Of a stretch of DNA of 64,000 nucleotides, positions 1 through 9,675 are shown piece by piece (position 1 is the first letter of the stretch; each line of letters starts with the position of its first letter). A program made the translations under genes and the position numbers. The stretch comes from Abditibacterium sp. (GTDB lineage Bacteria; Armatimonadota; Abditibacteriia; Abditibacteriales; Abditibacteriaceae): positions 2,144,001-2,208,000 of the forward strand of contig CBDASK010000003.1 in assembly GCA_965199495.1 (NCBI GenBank). The letters are read 5' to 3'. The notes beneath the pieces were generated by a model, which was not told the DNA's origin, searched no databases, and saw only the letters and a list, made by a program, of their open reading frames with translations.

Positions 1-687
1 TTGGTTTACGCGTGGCTGGGATTGGTGCCGATTATCGCCTGTTTGGAAGACGACCACCGCAGCCTGAGCGCGATGAGCCGTGCGTGGACTTTGATGAAAG
101 GCAGTTGGGGCCGCGTGCTGGGCCTTTCGACGCTTTTATCCATCGCGATTACGGCAGTTTCGGGCATCGTTATCGGCACATTGGCGCTGTTGGGAGAAAG
201 TCTTAACGTGTTTAGTTCCAATTCTTCTGTTTCGTCAATAATCGGCTTGGGTCTCGCTTACATGGGGTTTTTCGGCGCGTTCTTTTTGTTCTGGAACCCG
301 ATTCAAAACCTGATTTTGGCCGTGCTTTACCTCGATTTGCGCGTTCGCAACGAGGCGCTCGATTTGGAGTGGAGTTCCTACGCCTCGGCTCCCCTACCCG
401 TCGAAAACGCCGAATCCAACGCCGTTCAAGTGGCGCCGACTGCGCCCGAATTGGTGCAACAACTTGCGGCTAATCCGCTCGATATTAACGATTCGCCCGC
501 GTCCTTGTCTGCCGCACCGCCAATGAGACCGCCCGCTCCGACGCCAGCAAATATCGAAATCGAACCGGTTGTGATTGCCAAACCGCCCGCGCCGCAAGCA
601 GCCACTGCGCCCGAACCGTTCGATTTTTCGAGTTCGTTTAGCGCGGGAGCTGCGCCGGATGTCGAGGGAAAAGACGCATTGTCGTGA
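1..687 (+). CDS. Membrane protein (5'-truncated by window edge) of the MoxR/DUF4350/DUF4129 operon, with Pro/Ala-rich C-terminal tail
   Basis: Hydrophobic helices, A-x-x-R-A-W-x-L-x-x-G-x-W-x-R and YLDLRVRNEALDLE motifs typical of this operon's membrane protein; upstream of DUF4129/DUF4350/moxR. Confidence 0.7.
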   Translation: MVYAWLGLVPIIACLEDDHRSLSAMSRAWTLMKGSWGRVLGLSTLLSIAITAVSGIVIGTLALLGESLNVFSSNSSVSSIIGLGLAYMGFFGAFFLFWNPIQNLILAVLYLDLRVRNEALDLEWSSYASAPLPVENAESNAVQVAPTAPELVQQLAANPLDINDSPASLSAAPPMRPPAPTPANIEIEPVVIAKPPAPQAATAPEPFDFSSSFSAGAAPDVEGKDALS

Positions 688-700
688 TTTAATTTTCCTT

Positions 701-790
701 CGACAACAGCGGGGCTGACGCACCCTTCCAATCGGCGTGCTTGGGAAGAAATCCGCCGATTGGAAGGGTGCGTCAGCCCCGCTGTTGTCG
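701..790. repeat. REP-like inverted repeat, TTCCAATC/GATTGGAA family
   Basis: 37-bp perfect arms 701-737 and 754-790 (CGACAACAGCGGGGCTGACGCACCCTTCCAATCGGCG). Confidence 0.9.
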
Positions 791-855
791 CCTCTATGCT
801 GTATAGAAAGAGAGTCACGCCCCAACGAGTTTTGAGAAAATTCTCTCACACGATC

Positions 856-2043
856 ATGCGAACTTCTCCGCCTTCTCGCGCCCGTTTTTTCGCCTCGGTT
901 TTGTGCGCGCTTTTGGCGTTGGCGGCGCCGTCAAATGCGCAAACGCCGCTCGCGGCGGCGGGCAAAACGGCCAAGCCAATCACGGTTTCGGTTGACCAAT
1001 ATCGCGCGCAACGCGTCAAGGCGCGCGATGACCTGGCGAAGTTGGCGGCGCGCACGGGCGGCGGCGCGCGCAATGCGACCAAGATTGTCAAAGCGCTCGA
1101 CAAAGCGCAAATTGTCAAGCGCGCCGATGGGCAAACGCAAAGCGCCAACGGCAATCGCTGGAGCGCCCTGACGGCGGGCGTTTTGCCGCTCGGCGCGGGC
1201 GAGGATTACGATATCAAAGCGCTCCAGCGCGACGAAATTAAGCAATTACAACGCGACTTGGACGCCGAAATCGCCGAAGTTGACGCCTGGAACACGCGCA
1301 CGAACGGCGCTTATTACGCGCCGGTTGACGCGGGCGCGATCATTCGGGACTTGGAAAAGAGCGGGCAAATTCGCACTGGCCCGACGTGGTTGCAATTGCA
1401 GTGGCAGAACTTGAAAAAGTGGGGATTGGGCATTTTAGAAAAGTTTTTCAAATGGCTCGGCAGCCTGTTTCCCTCGTTTGCGCCGCGCGCGGGCGGCGGC
1501 TCGTTGCCCAATTTGAGTTGGCTCATTTTCGTATTCTGGGCGCTCATCGCGTCGCTATTGGCGTTTTTGTTGTTGGCGGCTTATCGCGCGTTCGCGGGCA
1601 ACATTCGCTGGGGCGGGCGCCGTCGCAAGAAAAACGAAGAACAACTCGAAGGCGAGGACGCCGAACTTTTGCTGTTGCCACCCGATGAATTGGCCGAGCG
1701 TGCCGCGCAATTCGCGAGCGAGGGCAACTTCCGCGAGGCGCTACGCCATCGTTATATCGCGCTTTTGCTGCGCCTCGACGGGCGCGGCGTGTGGCGCTAC
1801 GACACGCGGCGCACCAACTGGGAACACATCGCGGCGTTGCGGCGCGGCGACGCCGAATTGGTGGGGGCCAACGCGCAAATCGTGGCGCCGCTTTCGGATT
1901 TGACGCGCCGCTTCGACCGCGTGCGCTACGGTGGCGCGCCCTGCGACAGCGCGCATTGGCAACAGTTCGCCGCCGACGCGCACTCGCTCGAATCGAGCGC
2001 GGGCACAACTCAAGCGCGCGAAATGGTGGGGGCATCGCGATGA
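856..2043 (+). CDS. DUF4129 domain-containing membrane protein
   Basis: Signal peptide, TM helix, C-terminal A-x-x-G-N-F-R-E-A-L-R...RTNWEH...LTRRFDRVRYG motif; ATG at 856 downstream of the inverted repeat. Confidence 0.8.
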   Translation: MRTSPPSRARFFASVLCALLALAAPSNAQTPLAAAGKTAKPITVSVDQYRAQRVKARDDLAKLAARTGGGARNATKIVKALDKAQIVKRADGQTQSANGNRWSALTAGVLPLGAGEDYDIKALQRDEIKQLQRDLDAEIAEVDAWNTRTNGAYYAPVDAGAIIRDLEKSGQIRTGPTWLQLQWQNLKKWGLGILEKFFKWLGSLFPSFAPRAGGGSLPNLSWLIFVFWALIASLLAFLLLAAYRAFAGNIRWGGRRRKKNEEQLEGEDAELLLLPPDELAERAAQFASEGNFREALRHRYIALLLRLDGRGVWRYDTRRTNWEHIAALRRGDAELVGANAQIVAPLSDLTRRFDRVRYGGAPCDSAHWQQFAADAHSLESSAGTTQAREMVGASR

Positions 2044-3290
2044 AGAAATCCAACAAAAATCGCTGGCTGCTGGGCGGCTTGCTCGTCGTGCTTTTGCTGG
2101 TCGCGGGCGTGGTATCGCGGGCGCGACAAAACGCGTTCGTCTTGTTGCCCGCCGCCGCTTTCGCCGACGCCAAACCGACGGGCGGCAAAGGTTTGGCGCT
2201 CTTGCTCAATCGCATCGGCTACCAATCGAAAGTGCAGGACGCGCCGCTCCAAACGATGCCGCCGGACGCGCGCGTCTGGCTGATGCTCGGCCCCGACAAC
2301 AGCTTTACCGCGCGCGAATCGAAACTTTTGCTCGATTGGGTCAAGGCGGGCGGCACGCTGGTTTATAGCGTGGGGCGCGGCGATTTGTTCGAGATGCAGC
2401 TCAACCCGTATGCCGACAAAAAGCCCGCCGCGACGGGCGTCGAAAAGTTGGCCGACGAACTGAAAGTCAGCTCAACCGCGCCCGATTTCGGGGGCGCGGG
2501 CGTCGCCAGCGATTTGCCCGAACTGCCAAAAATCGCGCTCGACGTGCCCTCGAACGCGCGCGCGGGCGTGAAAAACGCGGTCGGCCCCGGCGGCAACTTC
2601 GGAGTCAAACGCAGCCACGTCGAAGTCGCGAGCGCGCCGGGCGGAACAATCGCGCGTATGCCTTTGGGCAAAGGTCAAGTGTGGGCCGTGCCCAACGCGT
2701 GGATGTTCACCAATTACGGCCTGTCCAAACCCGATAACGCCGTTTTGGTCACCAACCTTTTGCGCGCGCAATCGCCGCCGCTCGGCGAGCGCAAAGTCGT
2801 CTATTTTGACGAGCGCAACCACGATGAATCGGAGCGCCCGCCCGTGCCCGACACGCTTATTAACCGCTTGAAACAGCCGCCGATTTCGACGGCGCTATGG
2901 CAACTTTTTTTCGCCGGAGTTTTGCTATGGATTTTCGCCGCGCGTCGTTTGGGCGCGGCGGTTCCGCTCCCGACGCGTGGCCCGGTGACGCGTGCCTCGC
3001 AGTTCGCGCAAGCGATGGGCGCGCTGTTTTCCAAGAACTCGCGCCCCGCCGCCGCCGCCGACATCATCGGCCAAGATTTCCGCAAACGTTTGGGCGCGCG
3101 CGTCGGGCTTTCGCCGGGGGAAAACGACATGGTTTTGGCCCGCCGCGCGCACGAATTGAGCGGCGTGCCCATTGATGTCGTGGATCGTCTGCTGCTGCAA
3201 ACGCGCACGCCCGCGACCAGCGAAGCACAAGCGTTGCGCGACGCGCAGGAAATGGACGCGGTTTTGAAACGTTTGGAGGGCAAAGTTTAG
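2040..3290 (+). CDS. DUF4350 domain-containing protein
   Basis: N-terminal TM, PTGGKGLALLL, LLDWVKAGGTLV, FTNYGL..PDNA, VYFDE and RRLG motifs; ATGA overlap with the previous stop. Confidence 0.8.
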   Translation: MKKSNKNRWLLGGLLVVLLLVAGVVSRARQNAFVLLPAAAFADAKPTGGKGLALLLNRIGYQSKVQDAPLQTMPPDARVWLMLGPDNSFTARESKLLLDWVKAGGTLVYSVGRGDLFEMQLNPYADKKPAATGVEKLADELKVSSTAPDFGGAGVASDLPELPKIALDVPSNARAGVKNAVGPGGNFGVKRSHVEVASAPGGTIARMPLGKGQVWAVPNAWMFTNYGLSKPDNAVLVTNLLRAQSPPLGERKVVYFDERNHDESERPPVPDTLINRLKQPPISTALWQLFFAGVLLWIFAARRLGAAVPLPTRGPVTRASQFAQAMGALFSKNSRPAAAADIIGQDFRKRLGARVGLSPGENDMVLARRAHELSGVPIDVVDRLLLQTRTPATSEAQALRDAQEMDAVLKRLEGKV

Positions 3291-3309
3291 GGAAAATTTC
3301 CACGCAAAA

Positions 3310-3413
3310 GCTCGCTTACGTTTTGCGGGGCTTGCGCCCTCTTCCAATCGTTGGTCTTTCGAGAAACTTTTCTGATTGGAAGAGGGCGCAAGCTCCGCAA
3401 AACGTAAGCGAGC
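3310..3413. repeat. REP-like inverted repeat, TTCCAATC/GATTGGAA family
   Basis: 40-bp arms 3310-3349 and 3374-3413 with 1 mismatch. Confidence 0.9.
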
Positions 3414-3488
3414 GCACAAAGTGATGAACCGGCCTTCTTTTGAAGCCGCAACGAGCCGCCGCGCATATCGTAAAATTTCTCTCGGAAT

Positions 3489-4517
3489 ATGTCCCAAAAC
3501 CAATCGCCCCAAATCGAACCCGCAACCCCAGCCACGCCGACCGAAGTCGAAGTGAATCGCGGCACCACGACGCCTGTGCAAGAATTGGTCGCGGCGGTGC
3601 GCGGCGAAGTGCGTAAAGCCGTCGTCGGTCAAGACGATGTCATCGGCCAATTTCTCGTTGCCCTACTCGTCGGTGGCCACGTTTTGCTCGAAGGCGTGCC
3701 CGGCGTGGCTAAGACTTTGACCGCCAAATCGTTGGCGCAAAGCATCAACGCCGAATTCAAACGCATCCAATTCACGCCCGACTTGATGCCGTCCGACGTG
3801 GTCGGAACCAACGTTTTCAACGTCAAAACGCAGGATTTCAATCTCAAAGAAGGCCCGGTTTTTACCGACATTCTGCTGGCCGACGAAATCAATCGCACAC
3901 CGCCCAAAACGCAGGCGTCGCTGCTCGAAGCGATGCAGGAACGCAGCGTCACCATTGACGGCACTTCGCGCCCACTATCGCCGCTATTTATCGTTTTCGC
4001 CACGCAAAATCCCCTCGATTACGAAGGCACCTATCCTCTGCCCGAAGCGCAGGTTGACCGATTTTTGATCAAAGTTTTAATGGATTATCCCAGCGCCGAA
4101 CAAGAGATGCAACTGCTGGATCGCGTGCATCGCGGCTTCGATGCGCACGAGCTTTCGACAGTTGGACTTCGCGGCGTGACGAGCAAGGAAACGATTTTGC
4201 GCGCGCGTCGAGCGGTGCAACAAGTCACTGTCAGCGAGGGCATGGTGCGCTATATTTATCAGATTATCGCGCGCACGCGCAACATGGCGAACCTGACTTT
4301 GGGCGCCTCGCCACGCGCGGGCATCGCTCTGCTCGAATGTTCCAAGGCGCTGGCCGCGATGAACGGGCGCGATTACATCATTCCCGAAGATGTGAAGGCA
4401 ATGGCGCCGCCGGTTTTGCGTCACCGTTTGCTGTTGCGCGCCGAAAGCGAAATGGAAGGTCTGCGCGCCGACGACGTAATTCGCTCGCTCTTGGGCGCCG
4501 TCGAAGTCCCGCGTTGA
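3489..4517 (+). CDS. moxR: MoxR-family AAA+ ATPase
   Basis: GHVLLEGVPGVAKT, RIQFTPDLMPSD, LLADEINR, ATQNP..EGTYPLPEAQ.DRF. Confidence 0.95.
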   Translation: MSQNQSPQIEPATPATPTEVEVNRGTTTPVQELVAAVRGEVRKAVVGQDDVIGQFLVALLVGGHVLLEGVPGVAKTLTAKSLAQSINAEFKRIQFTPDLMPSDVVGTNVFNVKTQDFNLKEGPVFTDILLADEINRTPPKTQASLLEAMQERSVTIDGTSRPLSPLFIVFATQNPLDYEGTYPLPEAQVDRFLIKVLMDYPSAEQEMQLLDRVHRGFDAHELSTVGLRGVTSKETILRARRAVQQVTVSEGMVRYIYQIIARTRNMANLTLGASPRAGIALLECSKALAAMNGRDYIIPEDVKAMAPPVLRHRLLLRAESEMEGLRADDVIRSLLGAVEVPR

Positions 4518-4539
4518 TCAGGGAAAGAATGGCGCGACG

Positions 4540-4673
4540 TGTCATTTCGAGCGAAGCCGAGAAATCTTTCGCCCGCGCGGCAGCGCAAGTTCAAGCAGTT
4601 TTCATATTTCGGCTCTTGCATTCATTCCGCTGGCGCGGGGCCGAAAGATTTCTCGGCTTCGCTCGAAATGACA
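4540..4673. repeat. REP-like inverted repeat, GTCATTTCGAGCGAAGCCGAGAAATCT family
   Basis: 32-bp perfect arms 4540-4571 and 4642-4673 between convergent genes. Confidence 0.9.
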
Positions 4674-4725
4674 ACGTGACTTCAAAGCAAAAGCGCAAAT
4701 TTTTCCCTGTTCCCTGTTTCCCATC

Positions 4726-5499
4726 TCACCGATTCATCAGCCAAATCGTCGTGGCCAGAGCGGCGAACAAAATCGAATCGCACCTGTCCAGCACGCCGCC
4801 GTGGCCGGGGAGTAAGGTGCCCAAATCTTTGACGCCCAACTCGCGCTTCCAAAACGATTCGGCCAAATCGCCGAAGATCGTGGCGAATCCTAAAATCAGG
4901 CCCAAACCCAAGCCTTGCGCGACGGGAATATGCAGCATAAATCCCAGACCCGCGCCCACCAAAACCGAGAAGAAAATGCCGCCCAACGCGCCCTCGCGCG
5001 TTTTGCCGGGCGAAAGCGAAATCAATTTGTTTTTTCCAATCGCGCGCCCAACATAATAAGCGGCGGTATCGTTGGCCCACACGCAACCGAGCATCAGCCA
5101 CAGCCAATTGCCGTGTTCGCGGAGCGGCGGCAACAAGGCGAAAAGCGCCACGTAAACCGTCGCCAACAGCGTGACCGCAATCGAGGCGAGCGAAAATCGC
5201 GCAGTTGTATCGTAAAATAAGACGCTGACGATAAATAAAATCGCCAGCGTCGAAGCGGCCCACAGCGCCGAAATGCCCCACCAGACCGCGCAAAAAACCG
5301 AGACGTAAGCCACAGCGCCCATCAACTGCGTGCCGCGATAATCTTCGCTACGCCCCATCGCGTTTTGCAGCTCGCGCAGTCCCATCAACGAAAGCGCCAA
5401 AACGAACAGTTTGAACGGCGCGCCGCCCCACCAGACGAGTGCCAGCACGAGCGGAATGCCGACGAGCGCAGTGAGAATTCGCGGAGAAATTTTGGACAT
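4726..5499 (-). CDS. cdsA: Phosphatidate cytidylyltransferase
   Basis: WANDTAAYYVGR, LSPGKTREG, GDLAES.WKR..GVKD.G.LLPGHGGVLDR.DS. Confidence 0.95.
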   Translation of the reverse strand: MSKISPRILTALVGIPLVLALVWWGGAPFKLFVLALSLMGLRELQNAMGRSEDYRGTQLMGAVAYVSVFCAVWWGISALWAASTLAILFIVSVLFYDTTARFSLASIAVTLLATVYVALFALLPPLREHGNWLWLMLGCVWANDTAAYYVGRAIGKNKLISLSPGKTREGALGGIFFSVLVGAGLGFMLHIPVAQGLGLGLILGFATIFGDLAESFWKRELGVKDLGTLLPGHGGVLDRCDSILFAALATTIWLMNR

Positions 5500-5583
5500 A
5501 AATAGCGGAAGCTGCGTTTGCGGCGCGGTGGCTGCTCTTGAGTTAAACGCAATCGCGTCCGGCGACAAACGCAACGTATTTCT

Positions 5584-6459
5584 TCACCCGTCTAACCGCG
5601 CAATTAACTCGTTCAAATCGTTCAACAAAACATCCGGCTTTTCCTCGCCCTGCGCCGCGCGCGCGGTTTCCCAACCGACAACGCCCGTCGCGACCCACAC
5701 GCTGGCGATGCCCGCGCGATGCGCGCACGCGATGTCGGTATCGAGGCGGTCGCCGACCATCACGACTTCGCTGAATTGCAAACCGGCATCGGCGACGATT
5801 TGCTGCAACATCGTCGGCTGCGGTTTGCCCATTGTCGCGGGCGCTTGGCCGCTCGCGGTTTCGATGGCGGCGACGACGGCGCCCGCGCCCGGTAATACGC
5901 CGTTTTCGACGGGGAAAGTCGCGTCGCGGTTGGTCGCCACCCAAAGCGCGCCGCTCAAAATATAGGTTTGTGCGCGTGCCAAGTCGGCGTAACAAAACTC
6001 GCGCGCCAGACCAGCCACGACGGCGATGACATCTTCCAAATCGCCGCTATTGCGCTGCGTGACTTCAAAACCCGCGCTTTCCAGTTGCGCGCGAAGTCCG
6101 GCCTCGCCGACGATGAAAATGCGCCCGCCTCCAGGGAACTTGGCGCGCAAATACGAAACGGCGATGGTCGTCGAAGTTACGATGTCGGCGGGCGCAGCAC
6201 GAATGCCCAGCTTGCCCAGTTTGTCGGCGAAGTATTGCGGCGTGCGCGTCGAATTGTTGGACGCAAACATCGCGCGGCAACCGCGCGCCTGCAATGCAGC
6301 CACGGCGGCGGCGGCGCCGGGAATGACGCTGTCACCGCGCCAGATTACGCCGTCCAAATCGAAGACCCAAATTTTAAATTGCGAAAGATTCACTGCGCCT
6401 AAATTTAGCACATTTTCCAAAGGCGGAATCGAAAATTGCAATTGTAGAAAGCGCGCCAA
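5584..6459 (-). CDS. HAD-superfamily subfamily IIA (NagD-like) hydrolase; true start probably near 6393
   Basis: FDLDGVIW, SNNS, ATNRD, GKP, MVGDRLDTDI motifs. Confidence 0.9.
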   Translation of the reverse strand: MARFLQLQFSIPPLENVLNLGAVNLSQFKIWVFDLDGVIWRGDSVIPGAAAAVAALQARGCRAMFASNNSTRTPQYFADKLGKLGIRAAPADIVTSTTIAVSYLRAKFPGGGRIFIVGEAGLRAQLESAGFEVTQRNSGDLEDVIAVVAGLAREFCYADLARAQTYILSGALWVATNRDATFPVENGVLPGAGAVVAAIETASGQAPATMGKPQPTMLQQIVADAGLQFSEVVMVGDRLDTDIACAHRAGIASVWVATGVVGWETARAAQGEEKPDVLLNDLNELIARLDG

Positions 6460-6476
6460 TCAGGGAAAATAGAGCC

Positions 6477-8954
6477 ATGTCTTTTGCTCCTGAGACGATT
6501 AATCCTGAGATGAACCACGCGCCCGATTCGGCGCAGTTGAGCGCCGAACTCGCGGCCTCAGAAGATCGCTATCGCACGCTGTTTTTGCAGGAACAACGGC
6601 GCGCACGCCATTTGTCGCTGATCAACGAGGTGCAAAAATGCGCGCTCGCCACGCGCGAAATTCGGGCATTTTTGCCGCAGGTCACGCGCGCGATTTCTTC
6701 GCATTTTCCCGACTGCGATGTCGCGTTTTATATGTCGCACGCGCTTAGTCTGGGCTTGACTCAGGCGAACGAGGAAAACGTTCAGGAGGGCGCCGACCGC
6801 AGTTGGCGCGTAGACAGTTGGGACGACGGTGACGATAATTTTCAACTCACGGTCGTCGCCAGCTATGGCAAATTTGGCTTGCGTCCGCCCGTGGGCGCGC
6901 ATCTCTCGCTGCGCGATGTCGGCGATGACGGCGAAATTTCCGCACCCGGCGCGCGTTCGGCGCTGACGGTGCCGGTTGCGCTCGAAGGCGAAACTATTGG
7001 TCTGATTTCGGTGCAAAGTCCTGAATCCGATGTGCTCGATGCGCGCGACGTGGCTGCTCTGCACACGGCGGGCGCCATCATCGCCGCGCACGTCCAAAAC
7101 TCGCGTTTGTTTCGCCACATGAACGAGATCAACGCCTTCAACCAGAGTCTGCTCGATTCGATGTTGCACTCGATGATGGTGGTGGATGACAAAGGTTGGA
7201 TCCAGTTCGTCAACGAGCGCTTGCTTTCGATGTCGGGCAAATCGCGCGCGGAGTTGCGCTATCAACCGCTCGAAACGATTTTCGGCGAAAACCCGGCCTA
7301 CCATCACAATCTGCGTGGTGCGATTCAGCGTGTTTTAGAAACCGGCGAAGGACAGGAGTTGACTGACGTTCACATCTGGACGCCCAAAGGCCCGCAGATT
7401 TTCGATTTGCGTATGTTTCGCGTTTTCTTTCGCGGCCAGGCCGAAACCGCGATTCTATTGATTAATTTAACTGACCGTTGGCGTCAGACCAATCAATTGC
7501 AAATGACCCACGAAATCGGGCGATTATTTCAGCAATCGCTCGACATCGAACGCGTTTTAAGCACGGTCTTGACCTGCATCACCGCCGGTTCGGCGCTGGG
7601 ATTTAATCGGGCTTTCGTTTTTTTATTGGACGAAAGCGGCACGCGCCTCGAAGGGCGCATGGCGTTGGGGCCGAGTTCTCCCGAAGAAGCCTCGCGCATT
7701 TGGGGCGAAATCTCGCAGCGCGATTTATCCCTCGAAGAAATTTTGGCCGATAGCGAAAAAGTCGCCTCGCAAATGACGCCGCTTCAGGAGCGCACAGCGC
7801 AACTGGCGATTCGGTTGGACAATCCGTTTATCCCCAATTTGCAGCGCGCGCTCGAAACCAAAAGCGCGCTGCAACTAACGCACTCCGAGCTAATTTCGCC
7901 CGACTGCCATAGCGATGAAAGTGGCGATTCGCGCGACTGTCACGAAGCGCGTCAGTTCGCGGCTTTGCTTGATGCCTACGACGTGGCTATCGCGCCGCTC
8001 ATCGCCAAAGACCGCTTTATCGGCGTAGTTTTCGCCGATAATCTCTATTCCAGCGCGCCCATCGAACCCGAAGACGTTCAACTGCTCGACACCCTCGCGC
8101 AACAGGCGGCGCTCACCATTGACAACGCGCTGACTTATCAGGCTTTGCAGGACGCGCAGCGCGAATTGGTGAGTGCCGAACGCTTGGTCGCCGTCGGCGA
8201 AATGGCGGCGCGCGTGTCGCACGAAATCCGCAATCCCCTCGCCACCGTCGGCGGTTTCGCCAATTCGATTTTGAAAAAGCCGACCGACGAAAAATCCGTG
8301 GTGCGCAAATCGCGCGTCATCGTCGCCGAAATCGCGCGATTGGAAGAATTATTGACCGATTTATTGGATATGGCGCGCACTCGCCCGCTCAAACGCGAGC
8401 CGGAATCCATCAACGAAATTCTCGAACATTCGTTGCTGTTGGCGCAGGCCGACATCAAAGCGTATAACGTGCAGGTCGAACGCGAATTCGCCCCCGATTT
8501 GCCGATGACCTGCGTTGACCGCGCCCGCCTGTTGCAAGCGTTTCTCAATACCATCCGCAACGGCGCGCAGGCGATGACCGATGGCGGCGTTTTGCGCATC
8601 GCCACGCGTTTAATCGAACATGCGGACGCAATGAATGAGGCGGGCGAACCCACCGAATCCATCGAAATCCAGATCGGCGATAGCGGCCACGGCATCCCGC
8701 AACGCGCGCTCGATCAGGTTTTCGACCCGTTTTTCTCGACCAAAGTTTCCGGTTCGGGATTGGGATTGCCCGTGACTCAGCGCATCATCAAAGATCACGG
8801 TGGCTACGTCGTAGTCGCCAGTCGTGAAGGCGAAGGCACGACCTTTATTTTTACGCTCCCAATTGAACGCGTGGAATTAACCGAAGAGGGCACGCCGATT
8901 TGCGCACAGGCCGTCTGTGAAGAGGCTAACGATTCAGAAATTTCGCTCGAATAA
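6477..8954 (+). CDS. Cytoplasmic GAF-PAS-GAF sensor histidine kinase
   Basis: H-box VSHEIRNPL, N-box NTIRNGAQAM, DSGHGI, FDPFFSTK, GSGLGL; GAF-like segments (LTVPV...IGLI; GFNRAF...IAPL...GVVFADN). Confidence 0.9.
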   Translation: MSFAPETINPEMNHAPDSAQLSAELAASEDRYRTLFLQEQRRARHLSLINEVQKCALATREIRAFLPQVTRAISSHFPDCDVAFYMSHALSLGLTQANEENVQEGADRSWRVDSWDDGDDNFQLTVVASYGKFGLRPPVGAHLSLRDVGDDGEISAPGARSALTVPVALEGETIGLISVQSPESDVLDARDVAALHTAGAIIAAHVQNSRLFRHMNEINAFNQSLLDSMLHSMMVVDDKGWIQFVNERLLSMSGKSRAELRYQPLETIFGENPAYHHNLRGAIQRVLETGEGQELTDVHIWTPKGPQIFDLRMFRVFFRGQAETAILLINLTDRWRQTNQLQMTHEIGRLFQQSLDIERVLSTVLTCITAGSALGFNRAFVFLLDESGTRLEGRMALGPSSPEEASRIWGEISQRDLSLEEILADSEKVASQMTPLQERTAQLAIRLDNPFIPNLQRALETKSALQLTHSELISPDCHSDESGDSRDCHEARQFAALLDAYDVAIAPLIAKDRFIGVVFADNLYSSAPIEPEDVQLLDTLAQQAALTIDNALTYQALQDAQRELVSAERLVAVGEMAARVSHEIRNPLATVGGFANSILKKPTDEKSVVRKSRVIVAEIARLEELLTDLLDMARTRPLKREPESINEILEHSLLLAQADIKAYNVQVEREFAPDLPMTCVDRARLLQAFLNTIRNGAQAMTDGGVLRIATRLIEHADAMNEAGEPTESIEIQIGDSGHGIPQRALDQVFDPFFSTKVSGSGLGLPVTQRIIKDHGGYVVVASREGEGTTFIFTLPIERVELTEEGTPICAQAVCEEANDSEISLE

Positions 8955-9249
8955 ATTGTTACTGTCTCACCTGTTGAAAACGAAAATTAGCGCAGTGCGC
9001 CGCATTTATTCGAGAAAATACTGAGAAAATCATTAAAATACGCGTTGGAAAAACGGGCGCCCGCGTTCTAACGTTGCTGCATCAAGAAAAAATTAAATTT
9101 CTGAGTAATTTGTTGGGCTAAACTGCGGCTTAATCCGCATTTTTTGCAATCGCGGTGTTTATTTTGCAGATTACCACGCAGACTTAATTTCTGTTTTACT
9201 ACTTCCGGCATTAAACCGCCATAAATTTGCAAAACAAGAGGTCACTCCC

Positions 9250-9648
9250 ATGAACGAATCCCCATCCGAATCTCTCATTTTGCTGGTTGAAGATGATGTC
9301 AACCAGCGCGCCCTGTTTGAAGAAGAATTGTGCGACGAAGGTTATCGCGTTGTCACCGCAGGCGATGGTCGCGAAGCATTGAGCGTCGCTTCCAAGCATA
9401 AACCCGATTTGGTCGTAATGGACGTTAACATGCCTGTGATGGACGGCCTTGACACGATGGCTCGTCTTCTCGAAGAGGATCGCCATATTCCGGTCATCAT
9501 CCATACGGCTTACGCTTCCTACCGCGAATCGTTTTCGTCTTGGTCAGCCGATGCTTACATCGTGAAAAACTCGGATTTGACCGAATTGAAGAATGCCGTG
9601 CGTGAATTACTCGCCAAACGTTCCAATTCAGACGAAAAAGTCGCTTAA
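9250..9648 (+). CDS. Single-domain response regulator (receiver only)
   Basis: LLVEDD, PDLVVMDVNMPVMDG, HTAY, YIVK. Confidence 0.92.
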   Translation: MNESPSESLILLVEDDVNQRALFEEELCDEGYRVVTAGDGREALSVASKHKPDLVVMDVNMPVMDGLDTMARLLEEDRHIPVIIHTAYASYRESFSSWSADAYIVKNSDLTELKNAVRELLAKRSNSDEKVA

Positions 9649-9675
9649 TTTTAAAACTTTCCTGTTCCCTTTCCT

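Noticed and set aside
8955..9249. oriC in the AT-rich spacer before the response regulator
   Set aside because: Only one weak DnaA-box-like 9-mer seen and no box cluster; more simply a promoter region
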